Shown here piece after piece: positions 18,580-26,301 of a stretch of DNA of 32,000 nt. The notes beneath the pieces are model-generated. The model had not been told where the DNA came from. It searched no databases and saw only the letters and a list, made by a program, of their open reading frames with translations. Source of the DNA: Fastidiosibacter lacustris (GTDB lineage: Bacteria; Pseudomonadota; Gammaproteobacteria; Francisellales; Francisellaceae); assembly GCF_003428155.1 (NCBI RefSeq), contig NZ_QLIR01000002.1:215182-247181 (forward strand). The letters are read 5' to 3'. Each line of letters starts with the position of its first letter. The stretch's first letter is position 1. The position numbers and the translations under genes are program-made.

Positions 18580-19101
18580 ATGGATAAAGAAAGACTCACC
18601 GAAGCTTATGCAATTTTACCAATGGAATTTACTGAGAATCACGAACTTCCCTTTTTTGATGAATGTGATTTACACGATTTAATTGATGCTGGTGAAGACG
18701 TTTTTAAACGTAAGGTTATGATGACTAAAGAAACATATCACGCTTGGCAGATGATGCAAAAAATTGCGCAACGTGAAGGCGTGTCATTACTGATTGTGTC
18801 AGCATTTCGAAGCTATACCTATCAGGCTAAGATTATTGCCAATAAGTTAGCAAAAGGACTGTCATTAAATGAGATCTTAAAAGTTTCTGCTTTACCTGGA
18901 TTTAGTGAGCATCACACAGGAAGAGCTCTTGATTTAACCACTGATGATGAAAAGCAAGTTTTAACACAAGCCTTTGAGAATACAAAAGCGTTTCAGTGGC
19001 TTACACAAAATGCACATAAATTTAACTTTTATCTTAGTTATTCACGGAATAATAGTTATGGCTTTATTTATGAACCCTGGCATTGGTGTTATAAATCCTA
19101 G
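18580..19101 (+). CDS. M15B (VanY-type) zinc D,D- or L,D-carboxypeptidase family protein without an evident signal peptide
   Basis: Has the three VanY/M15 motifs: SAFRSYTYQ, GFSEHHTGRALD (HxxxxxxD) and EPWHW. The N-terminus MDKERLTEAYAILPMEF is not hydrophobic. Confidence 0.8.
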   Translation: MDKERLTEAYAILPMEFTENHELPFFDECDLHDLIDAGEDVFKRKVMMTKETYHAWQMMQKIAQREGVSLLIVSAFRSYTYQAKIIANKLAKGLSLNEILKVSALPGFSEHHTGRALDLTTDDEKQVLTQAFENTKAFQWLTQNAHKFNFYLSYSRNNSYGFIYEPWHWCYKS

Positions 19102-19149
19102 TACGGTTATGTTATGCTTTTTATTCCTATAACAAAATTCTAAATCAAC

Positions 19150-19938
19150 ATGTTACAGCATTATGCTTTGGTGCTTGAGTATTGTGGCACTAAATACAGT
19201 GGTTGGCAAAGGCAAATACATAGTAAGAGTGTACAAGAAGTATTAGAAAATGCTTTATCACAAATTGCTAATCAAAAAATACAAGTGGTATGTGCAGGGC
19301 GTACAGATGCAGGTGTTCATGCTACTGCTCAAGTGGTGCATTTCTCGACAACAGCAGTTAGAAAGTTGCAAGCATGGGTATTAGGTACTAATGCGCATTT
19401 GCCAAACGATATTAAGATTAGTTGTGCCTATCAAGTAGATGTAAATTTTAGCGCACGCTTTAGCGCATTATATCGCCGCTATCAATATGTTATTTATCAA
19501 CATAAAACCAGCAGTGCTTTATGGTATGAGCGTAGTACATGGTTTAACCAAAACCTAGACATATTGGGCATGAATGAAGCTTGCCAGTATCTTCTTGGTG
19601 AGCAAGATTTTAGTGTATTTCGTTCATCACAATGCCAATCACTTAGCACTAATCGGAATATTCACCATGCTTATTTTACGCAAAAAAACGCATTCATCAT
19701 ATTTGATATTCAAGGTAATGCTTTTTTGCATCACATGGTAAGAAATATTGTTGGATCGATGTTAGAGGTGGGTTTGTCTAAACGCACGCCACAGTGGATA
19801 CAAACGCTTATTGCAAAAAAAGATCGCACATTAGCAGGTCAAACTGCGCCAGCTCAGGGTTTATATTTAATTGAGGTGGGCTATCCGGAGCATCTAGGCA
19901 TTAAAGCATATCAATATGTTCCATTTATTCATCATTAA
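19150..19938 (+). CDS. truA: tRNA pseudouridine(38-40) synthase
   Basis: LEYCGTKYSGWQRQ, catalytic-Asp motif AGRTDAGVHA, RRYQY, FLHHMVRNIVG. Confidence 0.93.
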   Translation: MLQHYALVLEYCGTKYSGWQRQIHSKSVQEVLENALSQIANQKIQVVCAGRTDAGVHATAQVVHFSTTAVRKLQAWVLGTNAHLPNDIKISCAYQVDVNFSARFSALYRRYQYVIYQHKTSSALWYERSTWFNQNLDILGMNEACQYLLGEQDFSVFRSSQCQSLSTNRNIHHAYFTQKNAFIIFDIQGNAFLHHMVRNIVGSMLEVGLSKRTPQWIQTLIAKKDRTLAGQTAPAQGLYLIEVGYPEHLGIKAYQYVPFIHH

Positions 19939-20177
19939 AATGAGGTTTTGATTATGTCGTGTAGGTTTTATTTAGAACTGCTAATTTATATTTGGTTTTC
20001 CTCTATAAGCTTGCTATATTGCCGATGGCAGAAATATGCTTGCAGAATTCACTTTTAATTTTATCAGTCAAATTATAAGCTTGATTTAACTTGGGTTTAG
20101 ATTGGTGAACGAGCGTTAAGATAATTTTGCAAGTATTTCGTTATGAATTGTAAATTGAGTTAAGTTGGAGGAACAAG

Positions 20178-21317
20178 ATGATTATTGGTATTCCTAAAGA
20201 AATTAAAAATCATGAATATCGTGTTGGGTTAACACCTGGGAATGTTGCAGAGTTTGTTCATCATGGTCATAGCGTATTGGTTGAACATGATGCAGGTGAT
20301 GCAATAGGGTTTTCAAATGAAAGTTATATAGAGGCGGGTGCAAGCATTGTTGATGATCCAGCCCAAATATATGCTAAAGCTGATATGATTATTAAAGTAA
20401 AGGAGCCTCAACCTAATGAATGTAAAATGCTGCGAAAAGGACAGCTCCTGTTTACTTATTTGCATTTAGCACCTGATCCATTACAAACGAAACTCTTATT
20501 GGAATCAGGCTGTACTGCGATTGCTTATGAAATGGTTACTGATAAAAATGGTCGATTACCTTTATTAACTCCAATGAGTGAGGTGGCGGGGCGCTTGTCT
20601 GTGCAAGCTGGTGCCCATTGCCTAGAAAAAGCTCAAGGCGGTAGTGGTGTGCTTTTAGGTGGTGTGCCAGGTGTGAAATCAGCAAAAGTTGTAGTTATTG
20701 GTGGGGGTGTTGTGGGTTTAAATGCAATTCGCATGGCGATTGGTATGGAAGCACATGTAACGGTGTTAGACAAATCTCTAGATCGCCTACGGGAATTAGA
20801 TGATTATTTTGGTCCTAAACTTAATTGTATCTATGCAACGAAGGATAACCTTGAAAAATATGTGCAAGAAGCAGATTTGGTGATCGGTGCAGTATTAGTG
20901 CCAGGGGCGGCTGCACCTAAACTTGTAACAAGAGAAATGATCAAAAATATGAAAAAAGGTTCAGTCGTTGTTGATGTTGCCATTGATCAAGGAGGCTGTT
21001 TTGAAACTTCAAGACCAACAACGCATCAAAACCCGACCTATGTAGTTGATGGTGTGGTGCATTATTGTGTTGCTAATATGCCAGGTGCGGTTGCAAGAAC
21101 CTCAACGGTTGCTTTAAATAACGCGACGCTTCCGTTTGCATTGCAACTTGCTAACAAAGGTTATAAGAAGGCAATTGTTGAGAATGTGCATCTAGAGCAT
21201 GGCTTAAGCGTTCATAATGGAATGCTAACTTCACTGCCAGTGGCGGAAGCCTTAAACATTCCTTATGTAAATCCTCTGGAAGCCTTAAATAGCAAAGGAC
21301 AAGCATTTGTGGCATAA
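20178..21317 (+). CDS. ald: alanine dehydrogenase
   Basis: [30 protein letters not shown] fold [35 protein letters not shown]. Confidence 0.93.
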   Translation: MIIGIPKEIKNHEYRVGLTPGNVAEFVHHGHSVLVEHDAGDAIGFSNESYIEAGASIVDDPAQIYAKADMIIKVKEPQPNECKMLRKGQLLFTYLHLAPDPLQTKLLLESGCTAIAYEMVTDKNGRLPLLTPMSEVAGRLSVQAGAHCLEKAQGGSGVLLGGVPGVKSAKVVVIGGGVVGLNAIRMAIGMEAHVTVLDKSLDRLRELDDYFGPKLNCIYATKDNLEKYVQEADLVIGAVLVPGAAAPKLVTREMIKNMKKGSVVVDVAIDQGGCFETSRPTTHQNPTYVVDGVVHYCVANMPGAVARTSTVALNNATLPFALQLANKGYKKAIVENVHLEHGLSVHNGMLTSLPVAEALNIPYVNPLEALNSKGQAFVA

Positions 21318-21728
21318 ACCAAATAATTCAATGGTGTGTTGACTAATAGCAAACGCACTTTTTTGTGCGAGTTTTTGTAATGTTTGATCTAGTTGTTCAT
21401 CGTGTTGTTCGATCTTTGTGCCACAGTTTTTGCAGATAAATAGCTGGCAAATGTGTTTTTCTGGATGACAACAAATCGTATAGCAATTGGTTGTATGGAT
21501 GCGATGAATCAATTCATTTTGACACAAAAAATCTAAGACGCGATAGATAGACATGATGTTGTAATTTTTATCCTTGCTTTGCTCGTTTAATTTAGCAAGC
21601 AACTCATAAGCTGTAATCGGTTGGTTTTGTTCAGATAAAAGAAGAATGATGAGCTTACGTAAACTTGTAAGCTTGATGCTGTGCTTTAAGCAATGGCTTT
21701 CTATGTGTGCAACAACGTTATTCATCAT
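21285..21728 (-). CDS. zur: Fur-family zinc uptake regulator
   Basis: Winged-helix region LT..R..IL.LL......TAYEL, then two CxxC pairs (CKNCGT ... CHKC). Last gene of the znu operon, and a Zur box sits at the operon promoter. Start placed at the ATG at 21728, 2 nt after the znuB stop; the listed upstream extension overlaps znuB. Confidence 0.8.
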   Translation of the reverse strand: MMNNVVAHIESHCLKHSIKLTSLRKLIILLLSEQNQPITAYELLAKLNEQSKDKNYNIMSIYRVLDFLCQNELIHRIHTTNCYTICCHPEKHICQLFICKNCGTKIEQHDEQLDQTLQKLAQKSAFAISQHTIELFGLCHKCLSFAI

Positions 21729-21730
21729 TT

Positions 21731-22525
21731 TTACTGCCACATTAGGTTTTTGATAAGACCGATTATATAAATCAAACAAATAATCATAGTAATACAAAAG
21801 CTGGCAGGAAGGTTAACATAAAATGCTAAACATAACGCCCCCCAAACGCTAATAAGCGAGATCATAATACTTAGAAGCATGCTTTTATAAAATCCATCGC
21901 TCCATTGAAAGGCGCTAGCAGCTGGTCCAATAAGAAGAGTAAATACTAAAAGTGCGCCAACAATTTGGCATGCCATTGTGACTGTGAGTGCCAAAATAAT
22001 GAAAAAAATCATCGACAGTAATCTGCTTGGAATGTTTTTAGATTGGGCAATAATAGGATCAATTGAGCAAAAAAAGAGTGATCTGGCAACAATAGATAAT
22101 GCACATATAATTATGATGGCCATAATTAGTAGTATGATAATCTGTCTATAAGAAACCGTTAGAATATTTCCAAACAAAATTGACATAATCGAGCCAGAGT
22201 AACCAGTTTGATATAGATAGAGAAAATAAGCACCTAAACCTAAGAAAAAGGTGAGAACGATTCCAATGGCAAGGTCATTTTTTTTAATTTTGTCTCCCAT
22301 AAAGCCCATGAAAATTGCCGCAATCATGTTTGCAATGAGCTGACCATTCATGGCAGAGACTCCAATTAACACAGCACCAGAGGCACCGGTAAGGCTGATG
22401 TGACCTAAGCCGTGTGCAGCAAAAGCAGCTTTACGTAACACGACAAAAAAACTTACGATTCCACAGATAATAGCAATGAGGGTACCTGCAATAAAGGCAT
22501 TTTGCATGAAACTATAAAATAACAC
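21731..22525 (-). CDS. znuB: zinc ABC transporter permease
   Basis: Polytopic ABC-3 family permease of about 260 aa, overlapping znuC by 14 nt. The operon context includes a cluster A-I binding protein, an ATPase and zur. Confidence 0.85.
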   Translation of the reverse strand: MLFYSFMQNAFIAGTLIAIICGIVSFFVVLRKAAFAAHGLGHISLTGASGAVLIGVSAMNGQLIANMIAAIFMGFMGDKIKKNDLAIGIVLTFFLGLGAYFLYLYQTGYSGSIMSILFGNILTVSYRQIIILLIMAIIIICALSIVARSLFFCSIDPIIAQSKNIPSRLLSMIFFIILALTVTMACQIVGALLVFTLLIGPAASAFQWSDGFYKSMLLSIMISLISVWGALCLAFYVNLPASFCITMIICLIYIIGLIKNLMWQ

Positions 22526-23255
22526 TTTTATCCTCCGTCAAACAGGGTAATTGTGGGCATAAATGGACGTGACCATTTTTAAAATGAATAAAATTATCCA
22601 ACTCGTGCGCAATTTCGTGCATATCATGTGAAATTATCAATAAAGTAATATTTTGTGATCGATGAATTTTCTTGAGCGCATCGATAAAATCATGTTTGGC
22701 TTGCGGATCAAGGTCAGCTAAAGGCTCATCTAATAAAAGTAATTTGGGACTGTTAACTAATGCTTGTATGAGGTAGATGCGTTTTTTTTGACCGCCAGAT
22801 AGAGTTTCAAAAGCTTGATTTGCATAGCTTGATGCGCCAACGATCTCAAACAACTGATCAAGCATTTTATTGAATTTTTGACCAAAAAAAGGCATGCCGA
22901 ATTTATTGGATTTAAAACTTGCTTTTACAAGCGTTTTACCAGAAATATGCTGGCTTAGATTAAGCTCACGTTCCTGTGGGATATAGCTGATTAAATCGTT
23001 ACAAATCCCCACGGGTTTATCAAATACTGTTAATTGTCCAGAGATAGGTGGTTGGATTCCTAAAATGCTTTTTAAAAAAGTGGATTTTCCGATACCATTT
23101 TCACCAACAACTCCTAACCATTGATTTTGGTAAAGACTAAGGTTGATTGGTTTGGATAATTGGTGTTTACCATGCCCAAGCACAAGGTTATGGCATCGTA
23201 TGATAGTTTGTTGCATATTCATTATTTTGCGTTCTGAGTGAAGTATTAGTGTCAT
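22512..23255 (-). CDS. znuC: zinc ABC transporter ATP-binding protein
   Basis: Walker A GENGIGKST, signature LSGGQKKR, Walker B LLLLDEP, H-loop ISHD. The start is uncertain; an internal Met 11 codons downstream (MNMQQTII) is possible. Confidence 0.85.
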   Translation of the reverse strand: MTLILHSERKIMNMQQTIIRCHNLVLGHGKHQLSKPINLSLYQNQWLGVVGENGIGKSTFLKSILGIQPPISGQLTVFDKPVGICNDLISYIPQERELNLSQHISGKTLVKASFKSNKFGMPFFGQKFNKMLDQLFEIVGASSYANQAFETLSGGQKKRIYLIQALVNSPKLLLLDEPLADLDPQAKHDFIDALKKIHRSQNITLLIISHDMHEIAHELDNFIHFKNGHVHLCPQLPCLTEDKSVIL

Positions 23256-23317
23256 TTAATTATTGTATTACTTTTACTTTTGTTGGAATAGCGTCGCTAT
23301 TTTATAGAGTGTCCTGT

Positions 23318-24202
23318 TTAATTTTGCTTATTAAAGGCTTTTTCTAGTGCCTTTTGTGTCTCCTCTAAATTTGCGTTAAGCCAAGTAATCACATTGTCAT
23401 TTTGTGGCATGGTTTCTGATATTCCAACTGTTGGGATTTGATTCTCTGTAGCAAGGTTTAGAATGTTGTCGATCACATTATCCTGAACTTGTTGATTGTA
23501 GAATAAAACCTTTACTTTTTTTTGATTGAATAGATTTTGATAGTCAATAAGCATTTTAGGTGTCGGTTCAGCATCATTCATTATTGCCCACTGAAATTTT
23601 TCGCCTAACATTTTTAAACCAAGTGCTTCTGCCATATAGCCAAAAACAGGCTCAGTTGCGGTAACGGCTGTTCCTGCAAAGTGTCCCTTTATTTCATTTA
23701 TTTTGGCATAAACCATTTGATAACGTTCATCAAATGTTTTCATGTTGAGTTTAAAGGTCTTTTCATACTCTGGTTCTAATTGGCTAAAAACAGTTGTTAA
23801 TTTTTTAGCTAATGTTGGAAAGGTATTGGGGTTATACCATAGGTGAGGGTTATCACCACTTTTGGCGTTCATAAGAGCAGCAACATCAATAATTGTAATG
23901 TTATTATTACTTTGTGCATTTAATAATTGTTTTATCCAGGGATCATAATCGGCACCATTGTAAATTACAACTTGTGCGTTATTTATAGCAATCGCAGTTT
24001 GAGTTGAAGTAGTGAAAAGATGTGGGTCAGCATCAGGGTTGTTAATGATGCTAGTTGTTGTAACATAGTCTCCACCAATTAAGCTTGCAACGTTTTCGTA
24101 GAAGTTTTCTGCTGCTACGACTTTAATTTCCGCAGTGGCTTGGTTGTAAAGTAGTATAGTTGTAATGAATATGAAGGTTAAACAAGTCAGTTTTTTGAGC
24201 AT
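23318..24202 (-). CDS. znuA: zinc ABC transporter periplasmic binding protein (cluster A-I, ZnuA/TroA-like)
   Basis: Signal peptide MLKKLTCLTFIFITTILLYNQATA and metal-ligand motifs DADPHLF and NPHLWYNP. Start placed at the ATG at 24202, which is preceded by AGGAGA at good spacing. The listed longer ORF would run through the Zur box. Confidence 0.85.
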   Translation of the reverse strand: MLKKLTCLTFIFITTILLYNQATAEIKVVAAENFYENVASLIGGDYVTTTSIINNPDADPHLFTTSTQTAIAINNAQVVIYNGADYDPWIKQLLNAQSNNNITIIDVAALMNAKSGDNPHLWYNPNTFPTLAKKLTTVFSQLEPEYEKTFKLNMKTFDERYQMVYAKINEIKGHFAGTAVTATEPVFGYMAEALGLKMLGEKFQWAIMNDAEPTPKMLIDYQNLFNQKKVKVLFYNQQVQDNVIDNILNLATENQIPTVGISETMPQNDNVITWLNANLEETQKALEKAFNKQN

Positions 24203-24225
24203 GATAATTCTCCTGGATAAAAAGT

Positions 24226-24246
24226 AAATGTTATAATATATCATTT
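24226..24246. promoter_or_regulatory. Zur box (operator) at the znuACB-zur promoter
   Basis: AAATGTTATAATATATCATTT is a 21-bp near-perfect palindrome, one mismatch from the gammaproteobacterial Zur consensus AAATGTTATAWTATAACATTT. It lies 24 nt upstream of the znuA start. Confidence 0.8.
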
Positions 24247-24469
24247 ATCTTTTTTAGCAAAAAGATTTCATGTTTTTTTTATTATTGTGCTGTGTAATTG
24301 CCACACCAGCTAAAACTTCCTGGATTTAGTTGGTTTTAAATAGAAAGACTGTAATGCAGATAATGTCTAAATGAAATCAGAATTTACACGTTATGTTTTA
24401 AGATTAATACTAAGTTGTGTTACACTTGAACTAATTTAAGTGAAGCTAAAAATAACAGTACCAGTACAG

Positions 24470-24985
24470 ATGGCAAAACTAGAAATATTAAAATACCCAC
24501 ATCCCTTTTTAAAAAAAAGGGCAAATCCTGTTTCTATAGATAAGATTGATAATTATTTACGTATCACCATTGCCAATATGTTTGAGACAATGTATGAAAA
24601 TCATGGAGGGGGGTTGGCTGCAACTCAAGTTGGGCTTAATATGCGTTTATTTATAATGGATGGCTCAGAAAATAAAGATCAGAAATTTGTTGCAATTAAT
24701 CCTGAGATCATTGAGCGTAAAGGTGAGATTTATGAAGAAGAGGGATGTTTATCTTTTCCTGGGGTATCAGCAAAAGTCAAGCGTGCAGCATGGATAAAAA
24801 TGCGTGCATTAAATGAATTTGGTGAGATGTATGAACTAGAATGTGATGGTTATCATGGACGTTGTATCCAGCATGAAATTGATCATTTAGATGGAATTAC
24901 CTATTTTGATCATTTATCGCCATTAAAACGTCAGATGATTGAGAAAAAATATAAGAAACTTATGCAGGAAAATTCAGAAAAATAA
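24470..24985 (+). CDS. def: peptide deformylase
   Basis: All three motifs are present: GGGLAATQVG, EGCLSFPG and QHEIDHLDG. Start set at MAKLEILKYPHP, the typical Def N-terminus; the listed GTG at 24440 is less likely. Confidence 0.93.
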   Translation: MAKLEILKYPHPFLKKRANPVSIDKIDNYLRITIANMFETMYENHGGGLAATQVGLNMRLFIMDGSENKDQKFVAINPEIIERKGEIYEEEGCLSFPGVSAKVKRAAWIKMRALNEFGEMYELECDGYHGRCIQHEIDHLDGITYFDHLSPLKRQMIEKKYKKLMQENSEK

Positions 24986-25000
24986 AAGGCTTTCAAATAC

Positions 25001-26074
25001 TTATTCGATTACCCCGCCACCTAAGCAAACTTCACCATTATAAAATACGACTGATTGACCAGGGGTGATGGCGCGTTGTGGTTTTTCAAATTTAACATGT
25101 GTTTTATCCTTTTGAATGTAAACCGTGCAAGCTTGATCAGCCTGGCGATAGCGTGTTTTAGCTGTGCATGTAAATTCTCGATCAGGTGCTTCTCCTTTTA
25201 TCCAATCTAGCTTAATTGCTGTTAAGTTATCTTTGAACAAAAGTGGATGATTATGCCCTTGAACAGCTATAAGCACGTTGTTTTTTAAATCTTTTTTCGC
25301 AGCAAACCACGGAATTTCAGGACGATTTTTAACACCACCTACACCTAAGCCTTGCCGTTGACCAATTGTATAGTACATAAGACCATCATGTTTGCCAATA
25401 ACAATGCCGTTTTCATCATGAATTTCACCTGGTTGTGCTGGCAAATATTGATTCAAGAAAGCTTTGAATTTACGCTCACCAATAAAGCAAATCCCTGTAC
25501 TATCTTTTTTATTATATGTGATAAGCCCATGCTTTTTAGCAATAGCACGTACTTTAGGTTTCTCAAGCTCACCAATAGGGAATAGTGTATATTGAAGTTG
25601 GTCTTGTCCTAATGTGTATAGAAAATAAGATTGATCTTTGTTATGATCTAGTCCTTTTAATAGTTGATGCTCGCCGTTTTCAAGGGTACGTTTACGTGCG
25701 TAATGTCCTGTGGCAATATATTCCCCCCCCAATTGTTTGGCATAGTCCAAAAAAGCTTTAAACTTAATCTCTTTGTTGCACAAAATGTCAGGGTTAGGTG
25801 TGCGTCCTGCTTTATACTCTTCTAAGAAATATTCAAAAACATGATCCCAATATTCCGCTGCAAAGTTGATTCTTTGGAATGGTATACCAATGCTTTGGCA
25901 AATGCTTTGAGCATCTTTAATATCCTCTTTGGCAGAGCAGAATTCATCTGTGTCGTCTTCTTCCCAATTTTTCATAAAAACCCCCGTGACATCAAAGCCT
26001 TGTTGTTTTAATAACAAGGCAGCAACAGAGGAATCTACACCACCAGAAGCACCAACAATTATTTTTTGTGACAT
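25001..26074 (-). CDS. mnmA: tRNA-specific 2-thiouridylase (tRNA 2-thiouridine(34) synthase)
   Basis: PP-loop [42 protein letters not shown], catalytic [11 protein letters not shown]. Start set at MSQKIIVG; the listed 32-codon extension is unlikely. Confidence 0.93.
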   Translation of the reverse strand: MSQKIIVGASGGVDSSVAALLLKQQGFDVTGVFMKNWEEDDTDEFCSAKEDIKDAQSICQSIGIPFQRINFAAEYWDHVFEYFLEEYKAGRTPNPDILCNKEIKFKAFLDYAKQLGGEYIATGHYARKRTLENGEHQLLKGLDHNKDQSYFLYTLGQDQLQYTLFPIGELEKPKVRAIAKKHGLITYNKKDSTGICFIGERKFKAFLNQYLPAQPGEIHDENGIVIGKHDGLMYYTIGQRQGLGVGGVKNRPEIPWFAAKKDLKNNVLIAVQGHNHPLLFKDNLTAIKLDWIKGEAPDREFTCTAKTRYRQADQACTVYIQKDKTHVKFEKPQRAITPGQSVVFYNGEVCLGGGVIE

Positions 26075-26301
26075 AGAAATTAAAAAGTAATAATAAAAAA
26101 GAGTATGGCTATTGTGCCGCCATTTATTTGAATTTGCAAATACATAGACAGAAGTGTCATAACTCATCATTAAAAATCACTAGGAACTACTAAGTTTTTA
26201 ATAAGTAAACCATGGAAAAATCATTTTTTTTATGATGAATTATGCTCAATAATCTTTATATAATGGTGTTTCATGGCAGTTTTCCTAAGGTGGTTTATAA
26301 A

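Noticed and set aside
24203-24244. N-terminal extensions given by longest-ORF calls (znuA here; likewise mnmA 26075-26170, thrA 26242-26301, zur 21729-21797, def 24440-24469, yrdA 11572-11613)
   Set aside because: The extensions lack homology to the family N-termini. They overlap an operator or a neighbouring gene, and internal starts have better SD context. Trimmed coordinates are used instead.
25352-25585. 77-aa + ORF inside mnmA
   Set aside because: It is antisense to a clearly identified mnmA and has no start context.
26075-26301. Possible thr-operon leader peptide or attenuator upstream of thrA
   Set aside because: The only short ORF there (MMNYAQ) has no Thr/Ile run, and no terminator/antiterminator hairpins are visible. 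thrB and thrC are also not linked.
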